The position numbers were made by a program, and so were the translations under genes. This document shows positions 48,850-57,500 of a stretch of DNA of 64,000 bases, in pieces (positions within the stretch are counted from its first letter, which is position 1; each line of letters opens with the position of its first letter). Under the pieces are notes generated by a model. That model was not told where the DNA came from and did no database searches. It saw only the letters and a list, made by a program, of their open reading frames with translations. Source of the stretch: a virus; IMG/VR virus record IMGVR_UViG_2563366762_000007, positions 635 through 64,634 of that record; one strand, given 5' to 3'.

Positions 48850-50784
48850 TTAGTCTTTTTGATAAAACTGACACTCATAGCCATCAGCACTAAGTAACAG
48901 GCCATTTGCCCATGTTGGTGTCCTGGCCATCTGCTCACAGATAGCGGAAAGTGGCATCCCCATATCTGCCTCGATGATAATTTCATCGTGTACATGAGCC
49001 ACAATGGAACAATTCTTTAATGTCTGCATGGCATGACACAAAATGTCACGACTAATTGCCTGAACGATATTCTCTACAAATTTGGGACCGTAGCTTTCGA
49101 TTCTTTCCCATTTTTTCGTCCCACCGACACCTTCATAATTAACCGACTCACCGCCGAACATATTCTCTCCCATACGAGGTTTCACATAGGCAAGCCGTCT
49201 GCCAGAAGGGAGGACAATAAAGAGCATTCCACTTTGATAGATAAATTTAATGCCGTGTGTCTCTGTAGGAGTTTTTTGTTTAACACAAGTTTTTACTGCT
49301 CGGTCAACATCCCACCACAGTTTTGTAATATTGGGATTGGACTGCCTCCAAGCCGTTACAAGAGGCTGAAGCTCCTCTTCTTCAATTCCCATCTCCAAAG
49401 CACCCATTGATTTTAATGCTCCAATAGATCCACCGTAACCGAGGGCAAGTTCAGCAATTTTTCCTTTCTGACGAAGATGACCATTCACACCATGCTTTTC
49501 AACAGGTACATTAAACATCTGAGAAGCACTGGCACAGTAGATGTCACCACCCTTTTGGAATACCTCTGTTCTCCATTTTTCGCCTGCAAGCCAGGCAATG
49601 ACGCGAGCCTCAATCGCTGAAAAATCTGCCACAATGAACTTCATACCATCACGGGGTATAAAAGCAGTACGGATAAGTTCCGACAGTACTTCTGGGATTG
49701 AATCATAAAGTAAAGTAAGAGCGTCAAAATTTCCGCTTCGAACTAAAGCACGGGCCTGTTCTAAATCGAGCATATGGTTTTGGGGGAGATTTTGCAGTTG
49801 AATCAGCCTGCCAGAGAATCTGCCGGTTCTGTTGGCTCCGTAAAACTGAAACATTCCTCTTGCACGACCGTCACTACATACCGCATTCTCCATTGCTGTG
49901 TATTTTTTCACCGATGATTTCGCAAGTTGCTGACGGAGTTCCAAAACAGTGCCTAGTGGTTCAGGTGCTGTCTTTAGCATCTCAGCAACAGCTTTTTTAC
50001 CAAGGGACTCTGTTTCTAACCCATTATCGGTAAGCCAGTCTTTCATTTGTTGTACAGAGTTTGGATTCTCTAAATTGGTTATATCCTGCATTGTAGCCAT
50101 TAGTTTTTCACGGGAATGTTCATCCATTTCGACAGCCTGTTTTACGAAAGTCATGTCAATGGCAATGCCACGATCATTGATTTCTTGGTCGTGATGATAT
50201 TCTTCCCAGATCTCCTCAGGCATCGGAAACTTAGATAATCTCTGCTGTATTGACATCTCGGCTTCCACATCACGTAGATTATAGGCTTTAAATCGCTCCC
50301 ATTTATCCGCATCATGTTCTGGCAGATTGCGAACTCGACCGCCATTTGATTTAGTAGGGGAGCAAGGTGTACAGAAATATTTAATAAGGTCTTTGCCCTC
50401 TGTTAGCTTTTGTTTCTCCAAACCTAGAACTGAACCGACTCCCTCCAAAGAAAGAGGTAATCCCATATATGCCGACCATATCATGGAACATTTCCAGGAC
50501 GAGGGGCCAAGATATTCAGTAAGGTTAAGCCATTTTGATAGACACACACGCTCAAACATTGCATTGAAAGCCCACTTGGTAACGGAATCATCCATAAGTG
50601 CGTTTATAATTTCACCTGGGATTTCCTCCCCACTGGCAAGGTCAACAACTTGTACTTTGCCACCGTCCACCGAATAGCCAAATAGTAGAATTTCAAAATC
50701 ATCGCTCTCGGCATAACGGTAAACTCCAGACTTTTGAAGATTGGCACTACTAAATGTTTCAATATCAATAGAAATAGAATTCAT
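48850..50784 (-). CDS. Phage DNA polymerase, family A
   Basis: DIET exonuclease motif, TGRFSG, DFSAIEARV, RQKGK..ELA..YG, HVHDE. Confidence 0.93.
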   Translation of the reverse strand: MNSISIDIETFSSANLQKSGVYRYAESDDFEILLFGYSVDGGKVQVVDLASGEEIPGEIINALMDDSVTKWAFNAMFERVCLSKWLNLTEYLGPSSWKCSMIWSAYMGLPLSLEGVGSVLGLEKQKLTEGKDLIKYFCTPCSPTKSNGGRVRNLPEHDADKWERFKAYNLRDVEAEMSIQQRLSKFPMPEEIWEEYHHDQEINDRGIAIDMTFVKQAVEMDEHSREKLMATMQDITNLENPNSVQQMKDWLTDNGLETESLGKKAVAEMLKTAPEPLGTVLELRQQLAKSSVKKYTAMENAVCSDGRARGMFQFYGANRTGRFSGRLIQLQNLPQNHMLDLEQARALVRSGNFDALTLLYDSIPEVLSELIRTAFIPRDGMKFIVADFSAIEARVIAWLAGEKWRTEVFQKGGDIYCASASQMFNVPVEKHGVNGHLRQKGKIAELALGYGGSIGALKSMGALEMGIEEEELQPLVTAWRQSNPNITKLWWDVDRAVKTCVKQKTPTETHGIKFIYQSGMLFIVLPSGRRLAYVKPRMGENMFGGESVNYEGVGGTKKWERIESYGPKFVENIVQAISRDILCHAMQTLKNCSIVAHVHDEIIIEADMGMPLSAICEQMARTPTWANGLLLSADGYECQFYQKD

Positions 50785-50856
50785 GTATTACCGCCCTTTC
50801 CAATGCAAACGAGGTGGCAGAAGAACAACCTCCACCACCTCGTCTGTATTTATTCT

Positions 50857-51405
50857 TTATGCTAGAAAATCATCATCTTCAATAGTTGTGAAGTCATCAG
50901 CTGCATTGGTTCTTCCGCCTAAAGGCTCTCCATCTCTAATCTTCTGAATGTTGCCAAGACCACATGCAACACCCTTATTGCCATTAGAGTTAAAAGCATA
51001 GAAATTCAGGGATACTCTTGCATAACAACCACTGTAAACCTCGTTGCGATCCAAGATAGGTCTGACTGCTTTATCTACTATTTGAGGTGGAGTCTTGCTG
51101 TTGGCATTTACAAAGTAATGTCCTTTGTAAGCCTCGTCATCACGTTCTACGTCACCGTCTCGAAGTGGCAGTTTGATAGCAGCCTTATTCGGCTTTTTAC
51201 CACCAAACTTTGCAAGGCCCTCTTCAATGGCTGCATCTACTGCTGCATTGATAGCATTGATGGTTTCCTTATCTGTTTTGGGAATCAATACGGATACGCT
51301 GTACTTTTCCGCTCCGCCATTGATGGATACGGGCTCCCAGCCGTGAAAGTAGCTAAGACGTGTGTTGACGCTTGTAACAACCTTAGTTCTGTTTTGATTA
51401 TTCAT
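50857..51405 (-). CDS. DUF2815 ssDNA-binding protein
   Basis: KYSVSVLIPK, PLRDGD, YSGCY, acidic tail ending DDDFLA. Confidence 0.85.
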   Translation of the reverse strand: MNNQNRTKVVTSVNTRLSYFHGWEPVSINGGAEKYSVSVLIPKTDKETINAINAAVDAAIEEGLAKFGGKKPNKAAIKLPLRDGDVERDDEAYKGHYFVNANSKTPPQIVDKAVRPILDRNEVYSGCYARVSLNFYAFNSNGNKGVACGLGNIQKIRDGEPLGGRTNAADDFTTIEDDDFLA

Positions 51406-52546
51406 ATTCCAATTCCTCCGTTATTTCGTTAAATTCGTTTTTTACGTTTGATATATTCATAGCTGGCCGCTTATCCGAATTTGGAACCAGCGTTGGCTTG
51501 CCCGGTGGTTTATGTATGAGACCACCGAGAATTTGCTCAAATTTCTTTTTGCCCATCAGCTTCTGCATTTCCGTAAGGGTAATAAGGCTATGGCGGTAAA
51601 TATCCTTATAGCCGTTTGCCTTGGCTGCTTCAGCCACAGCCTCTTCGTCCTTATATTTACGGATAGACCTACCCTCGACTACCTTAAAACCGTGCCACTC
51701 TTTCCCGTGATTAACGGCAGCATCCGTAGCATAAGCAATGATTTCATTTGCCCACTTTGAAAGGTCGGACAATTTAGAGAGAACTTCCTCAATTTCAGAG
51801 TCCGTAAGTAGGGGTGGCAGTCTAAACTCCATCTGTGCTAATTTCAGCTTTTCTTCAGCCCTTGCACGGCATTTAACAGCCGCACGACAGAATGTACACC
51901 ATTCACCTGGAAGGTAGTCACCTTCGCCTTCATATGCCTTCTTCGCCTTTGGTTTCAGTTCATTTTCTGCCCAGTCTTTTAATTCCTTTACCGGGATTGT
52001 CCATGTGCTGACATTTTCCCTGCGGGGTTGGAAGATGGTCATAGAAACCTCCTCAATGTCATACAGGCTATCGTAGATTTCCAAAGCTCCAAGGGCATAC
52101 AATTTCATCTGCGGATTATCCACCGCATCTACCAACACACCCATGCCGTACTTAAAATCAATTATGTGAAGATTTTTGTCACCAATGATGATGCAGTCAC
52201 CAGTTCCGAACCCCTGTGGTACATAGCAGGAAAAATCAAGACGTTGTTCAATAAGTATTAACGGGTCCGTACAGCTTTGTTTCGCCAGTTCAAGCTGCTC
52301 CATTACAAATTCCACATAGGCATCGCTGTGTTCTTCCATCTCATCGGTGTTATAAGCCGAGACAGGACGCTTACTCCTCATGTGAAGTGCTTTTTTAAGT
52401 TTATGTTCACAGAGAGCATGGGCGGCGGTACCTTCAGCGGCTGCATTGGATTCGCTATTTTCAAATTCTAGTTCCAATCTTGCAGATGGTAGGCAATTCA
52501 ACCACCTATGGGACCCTGATGCGGAAAGTACTGCGTGATCACTCAT
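51398..52546 (-). CDS. DUF2800 Cas4/RecB-like nuclease
   Basis: HAVLSAS..RW..C, EGTAAH, FGTGD, DFKYG, QMKLYA, C.FC...C. Confidence 0.85.
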   Translation of the reverse strand: MSDHAVLSASGSHRWLNCLPSARLELEFENSESNAAAEGTAAHALCEHKLKKALHMRSKRPVSAYNTDEMEEHSDAYVEFVMEQLELAKQSCTDPLILIEQRLDFSCYVPQGFGTGDCIIIGDKNLHIIDFKYGMGVLVDAVDNPQMKLYALGALEIYDSLYDIEEVSMTIFQPRRENVSTWTIPVKELKDWAENELKPKAKKAYEGEGDYLPGEWCTFCRAAVKCRARAEEKLKLAQMEFRLPPLLTDSEIEEVLSKLSDLSKWANEIIAYATDAAVNHGKEWHGFKVVEGRSIRKYKDEEAVAEAAKANGYKDIYRHSLITLTEMQKLMGKKKFEQILGGLIHKPPGKPTLVPNSDKRPAMNISNVKNEFNEITEELEYE

Positions 52547-52862
52547 TCCCTAGTACCTCCGCATCTTTCAACATATCTGCATAATGTTTTGGGTCAACTT
52601 CGCTTAATTTAGAGCCACCGTATTTTTTGATGATTTCTCTCACTTGAGAAGTAAGACCGGCTTGACTCTTTTCAGCGAGTTTTGCTCTTACTTCCTCCAG
52701 AGTGATCTCCTTTTTCTTTGGCGCAGGTTCTTTTACAGGTGTAGTCGGTTCTTTTGCTTCGACAGGTTCATTGCCCGCCATTACATCGGCAACCGCTTGT
52801 ATGCTGTCTGCCAAAGAGCGCATATCAGAAACCACATCAAGAAGTAGTTTGATTTTGCTCAT
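52539..52862 (-). CDS. Conserved phage replication-module protein
   Basis: ITLEEVRAKLA...YG..KLSEV.P..Y. Confidence 0.7.
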   Translation of the reverse strand: MSKIKLLLDVVSDMRSLADSIQAVADVMAGNEPVEAKEPTTPVKEPAPKKKEITLEEVRAKLAEKSQAGLTSQVREIIKKYGGSKLSEVDPKHYADMLKDAEVLGNE

Positions 52863-53055
52863 GGTTTAATCCTCCCTCCTTAATCTCACTGATGGCGAGT
52901 TCCTGTACGGTGTCACCCGGAACAAGAATAGTCAGTTTCTGTTTATCACCAAGTAAGAAACGAAGGAAACGCTCCCTTATAGTGACATTACGACAGGAAA
53001 CAATCCCGCCAGACTGTGGAGTTTTTGAAACACTGATTTTCAAGTTGTGTTTCAT
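52837..53055 (-). CDS. Conserved small phage protein
   Basis: RBS present, first gene after promoter motif copy 3. Confidence 0.65.
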   Translation of the reverse strand: MKHNLKISVSKTPQSGGIVSCRNVTIRERFLRFLLGDKQKLTILVPGDTVQELAISEIKEGGLNHEQNQTTS

Positions 53056-53094
53056 GTTCTTCACCTCTTTCCGAGAGCGTTTATGTGCTGCCCT

Positions 53095-53131
53095 CTACCT
53101 ATTAGCCGTGGCAAGAGGGGAAAGTTGAGGA
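53095..53131 (-). promoter_or_regulatory. Phage-specific promoter motif, copy 3 (overlaps the sigma gene 3' end)
   Basis: TCCTCAACTT-N14-GGCTAATAGGTAG. Confidence 0.7.
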
Positions 53132-53671
53132 ATCTGGAAAAACTTTTTTGAAATTCTTCTTGGCTATATCTAAACGGTGTGAAATTGCACTTTTACTAAC
53201 ACCCTCCCGCTCTGCATACTCTGTTACAGAAACGCCATCCAGGAATATAGCAATCAGTAACTCTGCTTGTTTTTCCTTGAGGGTCTTGCGGATAATTTCA
53301 CAGAGATATTCATACTCCTCTTGTTTCTCCCGAGTCACTTCATCTGAATTGTCAGGATATAACTCAATCGTATTTTCCTTTATGTTTTTACCCTCATTAT
53401 CGTCATTGGCTTTTGTGTAGCCTTTTTTTCCATTAAGTTTCTTAGGAGGGGTAGTAGTAGCTGAATGACGATCCAGTTTACGCCAGTTATTGTACTCGGG
53501 CCTGTTAAAACGCTCGTCCATAATCTCCTGTGGTGAACGACGAGTCACGGTTTCCGTATCTTCGGCACAAGATAGCCTCTCCTCATAATCTGCATCAATC
53601 ATTAAGGTAAAGTCCTCGTCCGGTACCTCCAAATAGGTAGGTTTGTTGTCGTACATAATTCTAATTTTCAT
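53102..53671 (-). CDS. Sigma-70 region-4-like phage transcription factor
   Basis: LKEKQAELLIAIFLDGVSVTEYAEREGVSKSAISHRLDIAKKNF HTH. Start MKIRIM follows AAAGGA. Confidence 0.78.
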   Translation of the reverse strand: MKIRIMYDNKPTYLEVPDEDFTLMIDADYEERLSCAEDTETVTRRSPQEIMDERFNRPEYNNWRKLDRHSATTTPPKKLNGKKGYTKANDDNEGKNIKENTIELYPDNSDEVTREKQEEYEYLCEIIRKTLKEKQAELLIAIFLDGVSVTEYAEREGVSKSAISHRLDIAKKNFKKVFPDSSTFPSCHG

Positions 53672-53845
53672 TTTGCATCCTTTCCGCCGGACTGCATTGG
53701 CGGCAAAGGATACAAAAATAGGTCTGTGCCTCGAAGTACACAGACCCTTTGTCCTGAAAATGAGCGCAACAAGGTAAGGTACTTCTATTGCAACGCATAA
53801 CAATCCTTAACGGACTGAAACGTAACAATATGTATCCTTTGCCCT
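53672..53845 (-). promoter_or_regulatory. Structured leader with an RBS-sequestering hairpin and an alternative pairing partner
   Basis: 53672-53688 pairs with 53699-53716, and 53831-53843 is perfectly complementary to 53702-53714. Confidence 0.6.
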
Positions 53846-53969
53846 TATTGCAAATCAGGCATTTGATATTTTTATAGCTGGTAAGCGAACGAGTTTTTCT
53901 TTTTTGCTAAAAGTAAGCTTGTCTTACCATCTATTTAAATTTTATTAATTTGGGCATCTGAAATCCTCA

Positions 53970-54004
53970 GCTGACACTCTGCTGATACTCCGCTGATACT
54001 CCGC
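53970..54004. repeat. 3 x 11-bp tandem repeat in the divergent control region
   Basis: GCTGACACTCT GCTGATACTCC GCTGATACTCC GC. Confidence 0.75.
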
Positions 54005-54030
54005 AAATCTTTTTCATTTTCACCACGACA

Positions 54031-54068
54031 AAAAACTAAGCATTCGTAAAGAAATACTTAGTATTTTT
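54031..54068. promoter_or_regulatory. Inverted repeat, candidate Xre operator
   Basis: ACTAAGCATT...AATACTTAGT, with a further GCTTAGT half-site near 54087. Confidence 0.45.
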
Positions 54069-54159
54069 AGATTATTGATTGAAACACGCTTAGTAAATTG
54101 CTATAATAGTAAATACGCATTAATAAAAACCATCCAATAGTGCTTGGAGGGCGTTAAAA

Positions 54160-54378
54160 ATGGCATTTAGTTATAATAAACTATGGAAACTTTTAATTGA
54201 TAAAAAGATGTTGAAAAAGGATTTAATGGAAAGAACAAATTTAACTTCAACAACGTTAGCAAAAATGGGGAAAGATTTACCGGTAAGCATGGATGTGTTA
54301 GGAAGAATATGTAAAGCTCTTGAAGTTAACATAGGCGATATCGTTGACTACATCGATGATGATACTCCGAAGAAATAA
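54160..54378 (+). CDS. Small Cro/CI-type (HTH_26) regulator
   Basis: SYNKLWKLLIDK...TLAKMGK...ICKALEVNIGDIV. Confidence 0.88.
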   Translation: MAFSYNKLWKLLIDKKMLKKDLMERTNLTSTTLAKMGKDLPVSMDVLGRICKALEVNIGDIVDYIDDDTPKK

Positions 54379-54401
54379 AACTATTGAAGGAGGCGCAATG
54401 T

Positions 54402-55640
54402 ATGAAAAAGTTATGCTTTGGTACTTTTGCAACAATTTTAAAGAGATGCAAGGCTAAAAGAATTTCACAAAAACGATTGTGTGGTACCATGCTGCTTTCT
54501 ATTGCGCCTACCTATGATATTAGTGGAGAAGATGGTACCGTTTCAGATTTAATACTAGGTAAAAAGAATTTATCCCCTATAGTAACCGATACCGCTCCTG
54601 GTGCAGACCCTCATGCTATCTCAGATTACTTTAAGCAAAACATTCTCCAGATGTTGGATAGTAATAAGAGAAATCTAATCGTTTTAGCCTTGAAGGACAT
54701 TATTGCATCTGATGACTCTATCAAGCCTGATACAGTTGTTGAATTAGTAAACAGCATGACAAAGGAAGATATCATAAAGCGTAATGCCTTTGTATTAGAG
54801 GACTTTCTTGCAGGCATCCTACTTTATACAGTGCTTAACGTCGAAAATCGAAATTGTGAAAGTAGTGTTCGCGAGATAACAAATGAATACATACAGTCCT
54901 TTGAAGATAAAAGATTAGACATAAGCCTTATTAATACATATAGTAATTTGACTCCAAAGACTGCTTACGAAATTGCGATTGATGCCCACTCCCTCGTATT
55001 GCTTGCAGAAACAGGGGGCAAATGCCAAAAGTGCGGAAGAGTTTTAGGTATAAAAAAAGAAGGCAACGACATTAACTACGCTAAGGTCGTTCGCCTTTCA
55101 GAAACTGATGAAGTGGTTCTATGTGTTGATTGTGAACGTGAAATGCAAAGTGCCTCCGAAGAAGAGAAATTGGCTTTACTCTCGGACAAGCGTGACTTGG
55201 AAAATCTTATGATGGCAAGAGATGCTACTTCACGATATGTAATAGAGAAGCAAATTGAACAAGTACTTCGGGAAGTCGATTTAATGGATGTAACCGATGA
55301 TACACAGTTAAAAATCGAACCTGTTAAGGTAGAAAATAAAATTACCGAAAAACGGTTGAAAGACCGGGTGCTCGGAGATGTTCGGCAGTTATATGAAGGG
55401 GTCAACGATTCATTATATAGGCTTGCAGGAGAAAACAGTTTAAACGTTGATAAATTTGCTAGAAATGTTAGGCGGATGTATGAAGATGCAAGTGAATCAC
55501 ATATATCGCAAAGCGAAATTTACTATCTGCTTGTTGAAACATTGTTTGAAAAGACAGGCCGCAAATATAGAGGTGCGTGTGAGATTATAATCTCCTACTT
55601 CGTACAAAGGTGTGAGGTGTTCGATGAGATTACCAAATAA
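54402..55640 (+). CDS. ABC-3C/Lamassu LmuA-like protein with an HTH-like N-terminus, degenerate HNH zinc finger and CTD
   Basis: CQKC...LCVDC, and a terminal EIIISYFVQRCEVF motif overlapping the next gene. Confidence 0.65.
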   Translation: MKKLCFGTFATILKRCKAKRISQKRLCGTMLLSIAPTYDISGEDGTVSDLILGKKNLSPIVTDTAPGADPHAISDYFKQNILQMLDSNKRNLIVLALKDIIASDDSIKPDTVVELVNSMTKEDIIKRNAFVLEDFLAGILLYTVLNVENRNCESSVREITNEYIQSFEDKRLDISLINTYSNLTPKTAYEIAIDAHSLVLLAETGGKCQKCGRVLGIKKEGNDINYAKVVRLSETDEVVLCVDCEREMQSASEEEKLALLSDKRDLENLMMARDATSRYVIEKQIEQVLREVDLMDVTDDTQLKIEPVKVENKITEKRLKDRVLGDVRQLYEGVNDSLYRLAGENSLNVDKFARNVRRMYEDASESHISQSEIYYLLVETLFEKTGRKYRGACEIIISYFVQRCEVFDEITK

Positions 55641-55863
55641 AGTAATTCCCTATACTAATAGCGTTATTGCTCTGTTCCCAGATATCTTAGAGGCATTGGC
55701 ACAACAGGACATGTCCCCTAAAGAATTGTTTGAAATAACAACTTTTCGTAAAAAGGACATGGCTGATTTCCTGAGTGCTTTAAATTGCTTGTTTGCATTA
55801 GGTAAAATTGAATTAATTGAGGAAGGGAGGGTGCTTCGCTATGTTAAAGGAAATTCAGTGTGA
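55624..55863 (+). CDS. ABC-3C middle component (LmuC-like)
   Basis: MRLPNKVIPY..S...LNCLFALGKI. Small wHTH-like gene between the effector and the ATPase. Confidence 0.7.
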   Translation: MRLPNKVIPYTNSVIALFPDILEALAQQDMSPKELFEITTFRKKDMADFLSALNCLFALGKIELIEEGRVLRYVKGNSV

Positions 55864-57481
55864 TAAATTTGCACCGGATCATCGAGTTATCCGGTTTAAT
55901 TCAGGCCTAAATACAGTTTTAGGTAGCGCAGGCGGTAGCAACGCAATCGGAAAATCAACATTTCTATGGATTATAGATTATGTATTCGGCGGTGAAAGCT
56001 ATTACTCCCTAACTGATGATATAAAAAAGGAAATGGGTTCGCATATCATCTATTTCACTTTCGAGTTTGATGAACAGCCATACTATTTCTATAGAAGTAC
56101 GGATGATCCTAAAAACGTATATCGAAGCGATGAAGAGGGCCGATTCATTACAAAATTATCGCTAGAAGATTTTCGGAAATTTCTGTTTCAGGAATATAAA
56201 ATTGAGCTTCCTGCCCTTACATTTTCAGAAATAACCGAGCGTTTTTTCCGTATCTATGGTCGTGAAAATACACTTGAAAAGTATCCGTTGCTGGTAAAAC
56301 CACGTGAGCAGGATGAAAAAGCTGTAGATTTTCTATTAAAGCTATTTGGGCATTACAGAATTCTTGCTTCTATAAAAAGTATGGAGGAAGAACTCGGAAT
56401 TAAATCATCACAACTTAAGTCACGTCAGCGCCAGAAAGTGGATATAGAGAAAATTGAAAGTAACCAAAAAACAATAGAGTCGTTGAGGAATAGACTTCAA
56501 AAGCTAATGAAAAATAGTGAAGAAGCTCAATTAGCATTGTTCGGATTTGACACTCAAACGTTTGAACGAATTTCAGCAATCCAAAAAGAGTTGAATATCT
56601 TTGTTCGCAAGCGTAATCGCCTCCAATCACAGCTAAATGCTATAAAGAACAATATTGCTGAAAACAAAGTCGACACCGCAAGTGAATTTGATTCCTTGGT
56701 ACATTTTTTCCCAAACACTAATTTAAAGGCTTTTGAAGAGATTGAATATTTTCATAAAAAAATCAGAGAAATTCTAAGTGAAGAAATGGATGAGGAAATC
56801 GAGCGATTACAACCACTAATCGGTGAATATGACAAAGAGATTACGCGCCTTAATCGAAAAATCGAAGAATCTGGTCTTGCAAAAGAGATGTCTGAGAGGG
56901 TACTATCCCAGTGTGTTAATGTGTCTAAAAGCATCGATAAACTTGAAGAAGAAACAGCTGAGTTAATTCATCAAAAGGAACTTCAAGAAACACGAGCTGA
57001 ATCGGAACAAATACTTGAACAACTGTTGTTGCAACAAACAGAAAAGTTGGAGGAAATACAAGATGACATAAATCTGCGCATGGAAATAATAAATGGCGTA
57101 GTAACTGAGAGACAGGAGACCGCTCCTCTTTTGTATATTACTCCCCAAAAGGGAATCATCTTTGAAACACCTAGCAATACAAGTGAGGGAACAGCATACA
57201 AAAGCCTTGTTGTGTACGATTTAAGCATACTTGAATTACGGCCTATCCCTGCACTTATCCATGATTCAAATATTTTAAAGCGTATCGAGGATGTTCATCT
57301 GGAACGCATATTGGAGCGTTATCAGGCTAGTAGACGTCAGGTTTTTATTGCATTTGATAAAGCTGACTCTACAACTACAAAGGCTCATAAAATTTTAGAA
57401 TCGACAGCAATCTTACGCTTATCGGACGGAAATGAATTATTTGGTCGTTCGTGGAGTAAATACGAATCGAATGATTATTAA
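55841..57481 (+). CDS. ABC/SMC-like ATPase (DUF2326, LmuB-like)
   Basis: GLNTVLG...NAIGKST Walker A, a long coiled coil, and LIHDS Walker B. Confidence 0.8.
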   Translation: MLKEIQCDKFAPDHRVIRFNSGLNTVLGSAGGSNAIGKSTFLWIIDYVFGGESYYSLTDDIKKEMGSHIIYFTFEFDEQPYYFYRSTDDPKNVYRSDEEGRFITKLSLEDFRKFLFQEYKIELPALTFSEITERFFRIYGRENTLEKYPLLVKPREQDEKAVDFLLKLFGHYRILASIKSMEEELGIKSSQLKSRQRQKVDIEKIESNQKTIESLRNRLQKLMKNSEEAQLALFGFDTQTFERISAIQKELNIFVRKRNRLQSQLNAIKNNIAENKVDTASEFDSLVHFFPNTNLKAFEEIEYFHKKIREILSEEMDEEIERLQPLIGEYDKEITRLNRKIEESGLAKEMSERVLSQCVNVSKSIDKLEEETAELIHQKELQETRAESEQILEQLLLQQTEKLEEIQDDINLRMEIINGVVTERQETAPLLYITPQKGIIFETPSNTSEGTAYKSLVVYDLSILELRPIPALIHDSNILKRIEDVHLERILERYQASRRQVFIAFDKADSTTTKAHKILESTAILRLSDGNELFGRSWSKYESNDY

Positions 57482-57500
57482 CATAGGAGGATCAAAAGAA

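Noticed and set aside
51398-52546. Cas4-like gene as CRISPR-associated
   Set aside because: It is a standard DUF2800 member of the phage replication module, next to the SSB and PolA genes.
53672-53803. 44 aa N-terminal extension of the sigma-like ORF
   Set aside because: The best RBS precedes the ATG at 53671, and the extension coincides with the structured leader.
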